NCBI GenBank assembly: GCA_010093705.1
Contig: MU006097.1
Coordinates: 1-64,000, forward strand
Source: Patellaria atrata CBS 101060
Lineage: Eukaryota
Reading direction: 5' to 3'
Length of the DNA stretch: 64,000 bases
A program made the position numbers and the translations under genes. Position 1 is the first letter of the stretch. Each line of letters opens with the position of its first letter. The notes under the pieces were generated by a model. It made no database searches. It was not told the DNA's origin and saw nothing but the letters and a program-made list of their open reading frames with translations. Positions 12,171 to 25,576 of the stretch are shown piece by piece.

Positions 12171-14349
12171 ATGAACCGCCATGGAAGAAATACTCGGGCC
12201 AAAAGAGGAAATGCTCCACCTCCACCCTTCCCTGACCTTGGGAAGGATCCCCTTCGTGAGGCCAAAAAGGTCAAACTAGCCCAAGGGGAAGGGGTACAAC
12301 CAGCAGCAGGGGTGCAACCAGTAGTAGGGGCGCAACCAGCAGCAGAGTCACAGGTGGCAATAAGACCGCAACAAGGAGCACGGTCACGACGAGCAGCACA
12401 AGCACGACCGGGTCTAAGCCGATTTAAGGAAGTTCATTCATCGTGGGCCATGGAACGTCCCTCAGTGAGAAATAAGAGTATGCCAACCAATCATAGCGAG
12501 ACTAGATGTACATAGACGCTAACCTAACTATGCAGTTCAAGCAAATAAATACCTCAGTGATATTTGGCAACAACTATCAGATGAGCAAAAAAGTATCTAT
12601 TACAACCCCAATATAGACTTCAGCACTAGGGAAGAGCGGCCTCTAAGACCTATAACTCAACCCAGCGAGACTTTTTTGATCGAGACGGATGCACCCCCTG
12701 TCGCAAACGAGGATGTGTTTGTAGTCAACGAGTACATTCCAAAGGGTGGACAAAATGAAGTACAGCTTCGGGAAAATAAGAAACAACTCCTCGACAAATT
12801 CCTTGGCCGAAATGTTCAACTTGAGGGACATGAGTGGCGGGGAATTACTTTACTTGGGGGCGGATCATATGGGAGCGCTGGGTTATGGTATCGGACCGAT
12901 ATACATGGTAATATTCTCGATGTAAGCAATTTCTGAGCATCTTACGATGTCTTAATACTGACGGAAACTCATAGCGTCTAGCGGTTAAAGAAGCAGACTA
13001 TAGTCCTAGAAAGGGAGAGATCCCTAGCGAGATCACGATACACGAAGCGCTGCAATCGAATTGCTCCTACATTGTTCGGTACAGGGGTTCTCGGCTTTTC
13101 CGCGAGAACGAGATGTATCGACTCTATCTTGGATATTGTCCACATGGTTCATTGCACCAATTTGGACACATGATAGGTACAATTTGGGAGTACACTTCGA
13201 CACCGAAAGCCATACCCGAGCAGTATCTATGGTATCTCTTCAAAGCTCTCGCAGAAGCCGGAAAGTTTCTCGAACGTGGGACTTTGGACCAAATCGATGA
13301 TTGGCAATGGCCTCAAATTCTTCATCTTGACATCAAACCGGACAATATATTCCTAGCTCCCCCTGACCCTAATAGCAATTTCCCACAAGTAAGTAACGCG
13401 TCCCATATAATTTAAAGCTCAGTTAACAATCCTACAGTATCCAAAACCTGTCCTCGGGGACTTTGGCATGTCTCGCCTCACTTACGACGAAGACCCAGCC
13501 AACCCACTGCAATTTCGGGGTCTAGGAACGCCTGCCTACTTCGCTCCTGAGCAGTTCAGATTAGATCCGCCATATGCTAACCCAGTGAAGCTGGGGAGTC
13601 ATACAAATGTCTATGCTGTTGCAGCGACGATGTGGTTCTTAATTGAAGCTGATGATGACGGTGGTAGATACACCAGCCCATTTGTCTATCGTCGCGATAA
13701 TGAAGGCAAAAGGCAACGGGTTCGACTACATTCTGGAAATACACCTGATGATGTCGAACAGTTATTTTCGAACACAGAACACAACGAAAATTATACTGAC
13801 GAACTGAAAGACCTCGTCAAGAAGTGTTTGAGATTCGACCCGCAATCTCGGCCGACTTTTGAAGAAATCCTGGAAGAGATTGATAGAAATCTCCATGGGC
13901 TTGTTAGAGAGCCAGAGGTATTTTTCGGAGGTGACATCTGGAAGATAGGGCAAAATGAGAATGACGTGAATCACCTCGAGGAGATTATCGCTCTCGTTAA
14001 GAAGAATGTGATAGAGGCGTACCAGAAACATGAACAGACCTTCCAAGCCCACCATGGTGACGACTTCGAACGGGCCGCCTTGTACGCTATGAGGGACCCT
14101 TTACCATATCTCGGCTTGAAGTATCATATAGCCACTAGGCCTAGTGGTGGCCCTAGAGGTAGCCCGAACGGCAATAATCCGAGCAGCGGTGGTCACAGTA
14201 GTAATAGGCCGAACAGCAGCGGATCGATTAACAGTGATATGTCGAACAGGAATATCTCGAACAGTACTATGCCGAACAGCGATGCGTTGAACAGTCATGG
14301 ACATAGCAACAATTTGATGAGCGATAATGCTATGGATAGCGACGAGTAG
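12171..14349 (+). CDS. Ser/Thr protein kinase (non-RD, HLD catalytic loop) with HMG-box-like N-terminal segment, 4 exons
   Basis: Motifs GGGSYG, LAVKE, HLDIKPDN, DFG, GTPAYFAPE and CLRFDPQSRP. Introns at about 12478-12535, 12921-12974 and 13389-13437. Confidence 0.88.
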
Positions 14350-15235
14350 GATGTCGATGGGTCGAACAAGCCCGAAAGGTTGTAGTGCGAATAGCGATAG
14401 ATCGAATGGTGATGAGCCGAATAGGGAGGATTGGGTGACGACGGCTGGTTCAATAGAATTTGGTTCAAAATTGGTAAGTGAACGGTGCTGGCGCATCCAG
14501 TATATATGTGATTTCATATCTATCCTTTTCCTCATGATCATTAGCTAATATACTCTAGCTGCCGCTTCGATAGTTGAATATAGAGAGGTTCGTACGAGGA
14601 AAAGGGTCCAAGAGCGCGATACCTTAATGATACGGATGGTATCATTCTTTACACTTTTGGATCTTGCGGCAATCAGGGTTTGTACCTGTGCTGCACACAA
14701 GCTTATAGGTCGAAATTAAAAGATAGGGGCATCGAGCTTCAAGATCTCTTAAGGTAAAAAGAGCTGGGACTTTTTGGCCTATAGTTTTTCAGGTTTATTT
14801 CCTACTTGATTTCATAGTTGCTTTCATAATTTATTTCGTAGACGATAGAATTTCCGTAATCTATTTTCAGACTTGTACCTTGAAGAGAATCCACCGCCTA
14901 GCAATGAGCAACTGTCTATTGTACAATAAATACCCATGATATACCCGGAGACAGTAAGTAGAGTTGACCTGCTATTAGTCCCTGTTCGCATTCTATCGAA
15001 TACATGCATATCTATACAGTAGTTGCAACGTATGTTAGGCCGTAAGCGTGTGTTTCAAGATACGCCACTCATCTAACCATGAAATTCCGTTGATAACATT
15101 ACCATTGGTCGTGCAACTAGCTGAAAGAGCTCTGAGTGCATGAGAGGAATACGTCTTCGTCTGTTCTAACAAGGGCGGTGAAACATTACACCTGCTTATA
15201 AGCCATGGAATCCACAGGATTAAGTCCAGCTTACT

Positions 15236-16189
15236 TCACTCGCTCTTCCAACTTTCGAACTCTTCCTCTAAATGTTCCTTAAGCCTCTTGAATTTATTAC
15301 CAAAATCCTTGCGACAACGCCAACATCTCATGTTCTCGTCTAGATACCCAGCCCTACCCGGATGCCAACGTAAATCATCCTCTTGTAGCGGCAAGTCTTC
15401 TACAGGGACCAAGAATGGTGTTGCAAAGCTGTTGTAATGTTTTCTGTGCTTCATGCACTCACTATGACGATCAGTTGAAAGTACATGAACGTGCAGATGA
15501 TTCATGCTGGGAGATGCATGGACGCCTGATATAAGTGATGCATGCCAGTCCCTTCCGGGAGGCAAGTCCAATGCTGCTACCTGAGAGTCATCAGTGGGAT
15601 CGAGGTCCAGATTTTCCAATAATGCTTTCTCAAGTACTGCTTCCCGCACTTGTTCACTTCTAGAGTTCTGCCTAAATCGTCGTTTAAGCTCCTTAGCAGC
15701 GTACTCCCGAACGACAATCATTTCAGCCTTGACCAAAGCCAGAAAGTCGGGATCTTTGAATGCTTCAAACGGATGTAGGAGCTGCTTAGAAGTATCCCGC
15801 GGCAGGAGGAGCAAATGGACTTCGGACTTGGGAAACAAGTCGTTGATAACGACAAAGTTTTCATTGTGGTAGACTACACGACTCCCCTTGAAAGACTCTG
15901 GATCTGCTGTATAGGCGCCTAATCCATCTCTACGCGAAAAGTCCAGTTTCCGCGAGGGTCGGGTTTCGGAAGGTGAGGATTGCTCATTGTTCGCTTTCTG
16001 AGAGCTCATAAGTTTGGTGACTGTCATAAATAATCAGAGATGTCGATAACAATGGCGAGAGGACCTACAAGCATTTACTGGTTTGCGTGCGCTGCCCGAT
16101 TCCTGCAGTGTGGAATCAAGAGGTAGAGAAGTACTTGCGATCTCCTCTTCATTGATAGCATCTTGAGGATGTCCCTTCAGGGACGACAT
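15236..16189 (-). CDS. HNT3: Aprataxin (HIT domain plus C2HE zinc finger)
   Basis: Motifs DLFPKSEVHLLLLPR, HASPSMNHLHVHV and CWRC...HLEEEF. The 5' exon MSSLKGHPQDAINEEE starts at 16189; the exact start is less certain. Confidence 0.9.
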
Positions 16190-16473
16190 CTTCAGGAAAG
16201 GTGGAGAATAGAAGTCTAGAATTATGACAGCTCCTAGGAAACTTTAAATTGTTTAGACTACATGGTTGATGTAAATAAACTGTTTACACAGTAAAGTGAG
16301 GTGAAGAAGTGACGTGCCATGACACACGAGACCATCAACCGAGTCCGGAAATTTCCAACCTTACTGCGACTTAGAACTACTATAAGGTCAAGATGCTTTA
16401 ACCAATGTACAAATCAATATCATGGATGCATCGACTCAATTATTAATTTATCTACAATCTTACCCGTTACTCT

Positions 16474-19400
16474 ATGCCTAAAAATCCTCATCCTCCGCGA
16501 GGGGATGGTAAGAAAAAACTCGCCGCCAACTCTAATTTCAAGGAAGACGATGCAAGCTATATTGTCTTTTCCAATGCAAAAGGTGATCCTAAAAAGGCGA
16601 AATCTTCCAACACCCAACAAAATGCCGCAAGTGGAAAAGGTAAAGCAAAAGAAGCTACACCATCTACTGAAGATGGGCCAAAAAAACCAACTGTACGTGA
16701 AGTCATTGGCGGCGCATCGTGGACTGGCAAACTTCCCGTAAACCTGCTCTCCGAGCATTGTCAAAAGCAAAAATGGGATAAACCGGAATATACTATGGTA
16801 GGTAACTAGACAATGATTCTGTATGCAAACTCACGGAAATTTAGAGAAATATACGGGGTCAATTCTCAAGCGGTGTCATCTTGAAGAATACAAACCCGAA
16901 AACAAAGGAGATGACTACCTTGCCCGTTATCCTTCTTCCACCGGATGATAAGAAGCATGGACAGTTAGCATTGCAACCAAGTGCAGTCGAGGCCCGTCAT
17001 TTCGCCGCTGTCTATACTCTGTTCAGGGTTTGTAGCATGAAAAACATTCATATGATGCTTCCACCAAACTACCGTGATCTTTGGAAAGGCCCATTCAAAG
17101 AAATGAAGGATGAAGCTGTAGCGAACGGGAATGCCTGGATGTATGATGCAGACCCCTTTCAGGCTCGGAAGGAAAGAGATGAGGCAGTCCGTCTCAAAGC
17201 TCAGGCTAGAGAATCGAGTGAAAAGCGAACTACCCCTGATTCAACCGAAAGAACCCCAGGGGTTAACGGGGAGAGTAATCGGGCCAAGCATGTAAAGCCT
17301 TGGACAGGCGTACCAAAAGTTGAAATGGGTAAAAGAGTTCGGGCAGAAGTTCAGCATCTAGTAAGCAGAGATGCTGTGTGGAATGCACATAATCATCGAA
17401 TGACGCCAACTGAATCGAAGCGGGTGGTCGATGAAATCGTCAATTTAGGCTTTCGCCGTGCCCATGTGGACGAAGCAGCGGAAATTTGTAAAGATCGGGA
17501 AGAAGTATTACACTGGCTTTTAGTTCATATTCCTGAAGACGATTTACCGGCCTGGTGTCTCCCAGAAGGATACTCAACCGGTATCACCATGGCGAGCGGA
17601 AATTTAAGAAGAGACGGAATTGTCACTCGTCTCGCAGCAGCTGGTTATGCAGTCGAAGTTTGCGAGGAGGCGTTAGATCTTCACGAAGATAACGAATCGA
17701 AAGCTGCTACTTACCTTCAGGACCTACTCCTTGGTTTGAAGGATGGCACGTATGATAGCAATCTGAATACTTGTACCCCGTTGGAACAAGATACTATACT
17801 GGATGAACCGGATGTTTGGGCGGAAGAGCAAGAGGTTCTAGTATCAATATATGGCGATAAAGTCACTCTCACATCCTCGGAAATCTGCAGGATCAAACTC
17901 GATACCAACAACCAAAATATCACGGGCTTGATCGAGCTTCAAGTTCGGAGACCGTCGGGTCCTTATCCTTATGTCCTTCCTATTATATCCATACATGGAA
18001 AATTACCAACATATATTAGACTCAGCATCACGAAGCAAGCATTGAAACATGCACAATCAGCACTCTTAGGACAGCAAATAATCTTTAATATTGTTGATTG
18101 GCTCGAAAACGAAATTTCCAACATTATCGATCGTCCTGGTAGACTTAGAGATGTAGCCGCCGTGTCATCTCTGCCTGATTCCGAATATCGTGTTCGTGAA
18201 TCCACGACTACAGGGAAGCAGCTTCCTCCTAAACCAGTCACCTGGGTTAAAGGCAGTGAGAAGAGTAAGCGGATATTGGCGGAATGGGACAACAGACAAA
18301 CCACATCGCGGCAACAGAAGATGCTTAAAGCACGAGAATCACTTCCAGCTTGGGCATTACAAAACGACATTGTGAATGTTATCAATAATAACCAAGTTAT
18401 AATCATTTCCGGTGAGACGGGTTCAGGAAAGTCAACACAGTCTGTTCAGTTCATTCTTGATAGCTTGATCAAGCGCGAATTAGGAGACTGCGCAAACATC
18501 ATTTGCACACAACCACGACGAATCTCAGCTATTGGCCTTGCTGACCGTGTGGCTGATGAACGTTGCTCCACTGTAGGTCAGGAGATTGGGTACGCCATAC
18601 GCGGAGAATCGAAGCGCAGTCATGAGACTAAAATCATGTTCGTCACTACCGGAGTGCTTCTACGCCAACTTCAGACTTCTGGTGCGGGAACAGACGATGT
18701 TGCTGCTTCCCTCGCCAACGTCAGTCATGTTGTTATTGACGAAGTGCATGAGCGGAGTCTTGACGTAGATTTTCTTTTGGTGCTTTTACGAGATGTCTTA
18801 AGGAAGCGGAGAGATTTAAGATTAATTCTAATGAGTGCAACTCTGGATGCCAACATTTATGAAAAGTATTTCATTAAGTCAGCAACGGTGGGCAAAGTAG
18901 AGATTCCTGGTCGGACGCATCTTGTGACAGATTACTACTTGGACGATATTGTGCGCATGACGATGTTCGATGGTCCAAACGACGAGGAGCAGGAAGGAAT
19001 CGACACACAGCTTGATATTTCAGGTGCTCTTAGGCGCGTTGGAATGCGGATCAACTATGATCTCATCGCGGACGTTGTGCGGCATATAGATCAAGAACTT
19101 GGAGCGGCTGCGGGTGGGATTCTCATATTTCTTCCAGGTACGATGGAGATCAATCGGACACTTCAGGTACGTTCACCCTTTCTTGTATTCTGGTCAGTAA
19201 CCCCAGAAAAGGGATGTACAAGGTTTGGGTAGTCTCACTCACTATTTACCAGGCCTTACGAAGCATTCCAAATCTTCACGCGCTACCACTACATGCTTCA
19301 TTATTGCCTGGGGAGCAACGCCGAGTTTTCTCTTCTCCGCCGGCCGGAAAAAGGAAAGTTGTTGCAGCTACTAACGTGGCCGAAACCTCTATTACAATAG

Positions 19401-20743
19401 AAGATATAGTGGCGGTTATAGACACCGGAAGGGTGAAGGAGACAAGCTTCGATCCAGTTACTAACATGGTCAAACTACAAGAGACCTGGGCCTCTAGGGC
19501 TGCGTGTAAGCAGCGCCGTGGTCGTGCTGGTCGTGTCCGCGCAGGCAAGTGCTATAAGCTTTATACACGAAATGCCGAAACATCACACATGGTTGAAAGA
19601 CCGGATCCAGAGATAAAGAGGGTCCCATTAGAGCAACTCTGCTTGTCTGTTAAAGCTATGGGTATCCAAGATATCGCAGCGTTTCTTGCAGGGGCTCTCA
19701 CGCCTCCAGATGAGTTGGCTGTTGAAGGCTCTTTGAAGATTCTAACGAGCATGGGCGCAATTGATGGGGATCAGTTAACTGGTCTTGGGCATCATTTAGC
19801 CATGATACCCGCGGACCTTCGATGCGGCAAACTACTTATTTATGGTGCTATCTTTGGCAGTCTCGAAGCGTGTCTTACAATTGCTGCTATTCTCACTGTC
19901 AGGTCTCCTTTTTTGTCGCCGCAAGGCAAACGAGATGCGGCAAATGCGGTCCGTACATCCTTCAGTAAAGGACAAGGTGATCTCATCGCGGACCTACGCG
20001 CATACGAGCAGTGGTCAGATCTCCGTAGCAAAGGCAGCTTCCGTTGCGAACTCCGCCAATGGTGTGACGAGAATTTCCTCTCGCCCCAAACACTCCAAGA
20101 TATCTCCTCCAACCGCTCACAATATCTTTCTTCACTCAAAGACGCTGCCTTCCTCCCCTTGAATTACAGTTCCACGAACAACTCATTCTATGGCTCCTAC
20201 AACCGCCACAACGGCAATGGCACCCTTCTCCGCGCCCTTATCGCCGGCTCCTTCCACCCACAGATCGCCCGCATCCAGTTCCCCGAAACCAAGTATCTCG
20301 CCTCCGTCTCTGGTACTGTGGCTCAAGACCCGGAGGCCCGACAGATCAAGTACTTCACGCGCGACAGCGGCCGCGTTTTCATCCACCCCAGCTCGACGCT
20401 ATTCTCTGCACAGACGTATCCCAACAACAGCGCGTTCGTGAGCTACTTCAGCAAGATCGCCACGAGCAAGGTGTTTGTGAGGGATCTGACGCCGTTTAAT
20501 GCATATAGCTTGCTCCTATTCTGCGGGGGTGTGCAGCTGGATACGATGGGGAGGGGGTTGTTGGTCGATGGCTGGGTTAGACTGAGGGGCTGGGCGAGGA
20601 TCGGGGTGTTGGTTAGTAGGCTCAGGATGATGTTGGATGAGGTGTTGGCAAGGAAGTTGGAAGATCCGGGAAGCGAGTTTGGGGGAGGGGAGATCGTGGA
20701 TGTTGTGAGGAGGCTGGTCGAGTTGGATGGGATGGATAGGTAG
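16474..20743 (+). CDS. DEAH-box RNA helicase, DHX57/Ucp12/YLR419W-like (UBA, RWD, helicase, HA2, OB), 3 exons
   Basis: Motifs GETGSGKST, TQPRRISA, DEVH, MSAT, ATNVAETSITI and QRRGRAGR. Introns near 16798-16844 and 19167-19252. Confidence 0.93.
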
Positions 20744-22228
20744 GTTGGGTGCAGACTTTTACTTGGTGTTGAGTCTGGTGTTCAGATAGACTTGGTTCAA
20801 TTAGATCAATTTTCTTTTCTCGTTCTAGAGGATGTTCCCTTTGTTCGAATTGTTAGGGGTCAATCGTTCTATCTTTCTCGGGTCAGTGTTCTCTGGTTGA
20901 TATGTACCTCAAGGACCTATCGTTTGCTCCAAAATATCGAGGGACACAACTATCTACACTGTCCCCGTCTCTACAGTTCGAAGTATCTATGCATCTACCA
21001 TCCTGTCACGTTAGGGGTCTCCACAATTCACTTCAGACACACTCTACACATATCCAATAGCGCCATCCAGTCCAAACACCCTAAAAACATTCAAAGCAAC
21101 CCATTCATAATAGCGAGGTAAGTCTACGAATCCCCGCGAACAGGGATGAACGAGATATCGAAACCTATCCGTTTACCCCCTCCAACCCCATCTCATCCCA
21201 TCACCATCACCATCAAGACTCCAAAAAGAACAGACGAGTCTCCCACCTCTTTGCTGTATCATCAACACACTCTCGACACCCTCCGCCCTCCCCACGTCCC
21301 CCACTGTCCAGTCAATCGGAAACCTAGCACACTTTCATCCTTCCATCTTCGATCGAAGGCCCATCCAGCTCGCCATAGACCCTTGGAACAACCCCATCTG
21401 CTACAAAGCCCCACCAGCACAAAACTGTACCTTCCGCTGTCCGAAATAGAACCCCACCTGCGCGGTCTTGTACAGTAGATCATAAGCACCGCCCCCAACT
21501 TTCTCGTCGAGCTCAGGAGACGGGGGTATAGATCACGGGGGTAAGGGTGAGTTCTCTGGGGTACCGCAGTGGTATCATGGCGGTATCGGCTGGGGATTTC
21601 TATCATAGTGTAGCGGATATACCCTCTGCCTTAGTTATCTACTTTTATGAAGACCTTTTGGGGGGGGAAATACTGTACCGTAGAACTACCGGTATTCCCC
21701 TGTCGAATTTCCAGATCAGGAGCTATGTGATCGTTCTTTCTGAGTCATCGCAGAGAACCATATCCTCGAACTTTTATTCCTCGAACGACACAGAAGAGTA
21801 CATGCGAGAGATTGTTTGGACTTCAATGAGCAACGATGATGGATAACTGCCAATGCTGTCCATCGAAACGAAGTAATGTAATGGTATGATTTCCTCTGAG
21901 CTGAATTGTGCATGGGTAAACCGTAAGAGGTAGAGAATGGGTGATGTAATCTATATTATGGGGAGGAAGACGTGCGTAGTTGAGGCGAAGTAAGGAGGAC
22001 AGGGGTCAGGTAGAGCAAAGCAGGTAGGGGAATCAACAGTACCGAGCTGGTAAAGGTATGACCACACAGTATAGTTTAGATTTAGAGCTGAATGGACCGG
22101 TTTTGAAGCAGCAGAGATCGACTTCAACACTTTCACGTTATACACACTAGGAAAGAAGTAGAACGAGCAGAGCAGCTCAAGTATTTTTCTATTCGAAGTA
22201 GGTTCTCCACTTGGACGAGACCATGCAT

Positions 22229-22873
22229 CTATTCTTCATCATCGTCATCGGCGTCATTAACCACATTGAAGAACCTAAGCTCATAGACACCCTTGGAAGT
22301 GCTAACGACACGAAGCCAATCACGAAGCTGTTGCTTCTTGAGGAACTTCTTAGTCCTATCGCAGCGTCAGTAAAATCCCCCAAACAACTCTCCCCAATCA
22401 CAAGAAGTCAGAGGTTCGGAAAAGAGGTAAACATACAAGTACTTCAAATACCTCCCCGAGAATTCCTGATGCGCCACGACCTCAATCTTGCCATCTCCAA
22501 TCTGAGAAATCGTAACCGTATCGCCCAAATTCCCGGTCCGGCCATCCACCTTGATCTTATCGTGAAGGAACTTTTCGAAAGCAGCGACGTCGAAGATCTT
22601 ATCGTTGGCGGGCTGCGAGGCATTGATGATGAACTATTGGAGAGCAACCGTTAGCACAGTACAAGTAAAACCTCGCCCCTTACGGGTAATGGTAAGATGG
22701 TGGTGATTATTTCGGTCTCTCACCTTCTTCGTCACCTTGGGAGCTTTTCCCTTCTTCGTTCCGCCTTGTGTGTTCTTCTACATGTTCGAAATCATCATAT
22801 CAGTATTTTTTCTGTACACTCAACCTACTGCTCGAGGGCAGCAAAGTGGTGCACGTACGGTTGCTGGAGCCAT
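22229..22873 (-). CDS. RPL22: 60S ribosomal protein L22 (eL22), 4 exons
   Basis: Exons read MAPAT / [18 protein letters not shown] / [37 protein letters not shown]...SGRYLKYL / [31 protein letters not shown]. Confidence 0.96.
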
Positions 22874-23533
22874 TGTGGCGGTTCTAATTTGAAACTGATT
22901 ATTGCGCAAAGAGATGGATATCCTGCGCCTTGCATAAAGGTATAGTTGAGGCGATGGTCGAATTAATGGAAACTTGAAAAGTTAACGGAATATTGAATGT
23001 GTGCAGGATGTGACTTGGCGGAATCTTGGCAATATACGGAGAACCGCAACGCTAAGAGTGCATCATGAAATCTGCTCTATAGCAGATTTCTTAATAAATA
23101 GAAAGTGCTATGATTAAGAACGGAAAGTGACAAGAGAAGAAAAAAATGACTATTCACATTCTCCATTAAGAGTCTATCACTACTATCTGGGTCTCATGCA
23201 CTTCCCCATCCGAACTCACAGCCATCCATTACATATCTCATTCGCCGAGTCCCTATTTACAAAAGAGTTTATCAACTCCGGGTATTATAATATTACGTCT
23301 AACATTACAGTCAATGCGTGCTGACGTTGGGTTCCATGACCTCTAAAGCGAAGGTAAAGTGAGTCGAGGAAAGAGCGAGCGTACTCAGCAGCAAGACAAC
23401 GTGACCCGAAGAATAGAAGGTAGAAATGATAAATGATCCCGCTAGAACTCCGATATGATGATTATGATTCCTCTTTCCCCTCTAGTGCGCCTTCACTTGC
23501 TAGCCCAACTCTTTAAAGTAAGTTACGGGTTGT

Positions 23534-25576
23534 CTATCGCAGAGGGACCTTAACATCTTGCACACCACTCTTTATTACATCCTCTAGCTTCCATCTCGGT
23601 GGAGTGACCGAGGGTTTCTTGCCTGTAGCTTCCATCTCGCGTCTAATCTCTTTCTCCATCTCGTTGGTTAAGCCATCAGGTAATGGTTCAGCACCGCCGG
23701 CAATGCCGCTTGAGAACTTGAGTTGGACCTCGTTTCCGATCTCATTACAAGCAGTCAGCATTCTGTCTAAGTCGTCTTTTGTATGAGCTGCCGAGACGCA
23801 GAAACGAGCGCGAGATGAAACGAGGGGAGTAGCAGGATATCCGACTACGACGACGGAAATCTTGCGCTTTAGCATTTGGTGAGAGAAAGCCGGCATCTTT
23901 GCGGGATTGTAAAGCATGAGGGGAATAATAGGAGAGTCATCATGACCAACGACAATGAAACCTAGCCGCTTGAGCCCTAGGCGGAGGTATCGAGAGTTGA
24001 AAGCTAATCTTTGCAGTCGCTCTTCACCTTGGCCTGGGCTAAGCTCTCCTGTAATGATCTTGAGGGCTGACAGAATTTGCATAAGCACAGGTGGAGTGGG
24101 TGATTCGCCAAACATGGTACCTGCGTTCGTAGCACGGAGTTTGTCGATAATGGGTTTGTCTGCGGCAATATAGCCTCCATTTGCGCCAAATGACTTCGTG
24201 AGGGTACCCATAAGAATGTCAACTTCAGCAGGATCGATACCGAAGTAATCGCATACGCCACGTCCTTTTGGTCCAAGTGCTCCGACGGAGTGCGCCTCAT
24301 CGACGTAAAGACTGAATTTGTACTTTTTCTTGAGCTCGACGAGGCCTGGAAGATTACACATGGTTCCCTCCATGGAGTATAAACCTTCGACAGCAACGAG
24401 GATCTTCTTCCACGGACGATGTGTTCTTGGTTGACCCTGAGAGATTACTTCTCTAAGTAAGCGTTCCAAATCTTGCATGTCGTTGTGCTTGAACATTTCT
24501 ATCATAGCTCCCGATAATCTCGCGCCGAATCGAATTGATGAATGGTTGAGCTCGTCAGAGATGATAAGACATCCTTTCCCCATGAGAGCAGGGAAAGCAA
24601 CAGCGTTTGTGACAAAGCCCATCGAGAATACCATAGATGCAGGTTTCCCAACGAATTTAGCAATGCAGTCCTCGACCTCCAGATGAAGATCTGTAGTACC
24701 AACATCTCCTCTAGAGCTAACGGTGCTGATACCGTATTTTTTAACTGTGGCTTCTACAGCATCCGCACAAGGGCCCTCCGACTGTGCAAATCCGAGGTAA
24801 TTGTAGGAGCTCATATTAAGAGTTTCCGTGGTAGTACCTGTGAACTGGAAATTGTAGAATCCATCGTTCGAAGTCCTATCAAGGAGAGTGATATATCGAC
24901 CTGGGACTCCTGTGGTCGGGCGATTAAAGCAATCATTGATACGCATCTTGAGCCGACGAACGTAAAAGTTATCGAAATCGCTATTCAGCGGAGCGTAGCC
25001 GTTCCTTTCCATAAGATGTTGGTAATAGTTTTTCCTGAATCGTTTCCCAAAAAAGTCTCGAACGTGTCCAAAGATGATAAGAATAAGATATGAAATATAA
25101 GTCGTCAATAGGAAAAAGTACGGTGGTTCATCTTCAATAGGTTCGGGAAACTCTCCTCCAGTAAATCTGCTCGAGTATCTATGAGTTTGCGAACCTAGGG
25201 GACCGAATTGAGCGTGTTGTCTAGCAATTCGACGCGCTTCCTCCGGCGAAGGAGGTTGGAAGATAGTTGTTGTCCGATCTTCCATTGCCTTCTCGCCCGT
25301 CGCAGTGGACAAGGATATAGTAGGTAAGGATAGTGTCGAGACGTTGATGGAAGGCGAGGGAGAATTCCGCAGAGCTCTCTGCTGAGCAGCGAGCGCAGCT
25401 TGGAAGGCTGGGTCGCTAGCCTTCGACTTAGGAGACGTTGAAAAGAATGACGTGAATCGATTATTCGTTTTGGAAAGAGAGGACCTCCTAACGTTCTTCT
25501 TCTCGCTTGGTGGATCGAGAATAGATGCGTTGGGAGAGGGATTGCTAGCGAAAGGGTTGATGCTTCGAGTAGGCAT
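23534..25576 (-). CDS. LCB2: Serine palmitoyltransferase subunit 2
   Basis: Motifs LNMSSYNYLGFAQ, SDELNHSSI, YVDEAHS and the PLP lysine motif GTLTKSFG. Single 680-aa exon. Confidence 0.96.
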   Translation of the reverse strand: MPTRSINPFASNPSPNASILDPPSEKKNVRRSSLSKTNNRFTSFFSTSPKSKASDPAFQAALAAQQRALRNSPSPSINVSTLSLPTISLSTATGEKAMEDRTTTIFQPPSPEEARRIARQHAQFGPLGSQTHRYSSRFTGGEFPEPIEDEPPYFFLLTTYISYLILIIFGHVRDFFGKRFRKNYYQHLMERNGYAPLNSDFDNFYVRRLKMRINDCFNRPTTGVPGRYITLLDRTSNDGFYNFQFTGTTTETLNMSSYNYLGFAQSEGPCADAVEATVKKYGISTVSSRGDVGTTDLHLEVEDCIAKFVGKPASMVFSMGFVTNAVAFPALMGKGCLIISDELNHSSIRFGARLSGAMIEMFKHNDMQDLERLLREVISQGQPRTHRPWKKILVAVEGLYSMEGTMCNLPGLVELKKKYKFSLYVDEAHSVGALGPKGRGVCDYFGIDPAEVDILMGTLTKSFGANGGYIAADKPIIDKLRATNAGTMFGESPTPPVLMQILSALKIITGELSPGQGEERLQRLAFNSRYLRLGLKRLGFIVVGHDDSPIIPLMLYNPAKMPAFSHQMLKRKISVVVVGYPATPLVSSRARFCVSAAHTKDDLDRMLTACNEIGNEVQLKFSSGIAGGAEPLPDGLTNEMEKEIRREMEATGKKPSVTPPRWKLEDVIKSGVQDVKVPLR

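Noticed and set aside
21146..21846. Short ORFs between the helicase and RPL22
   Set aside because: No recognisable motif or consistent exon structure. Skewed composition explains the open frames.
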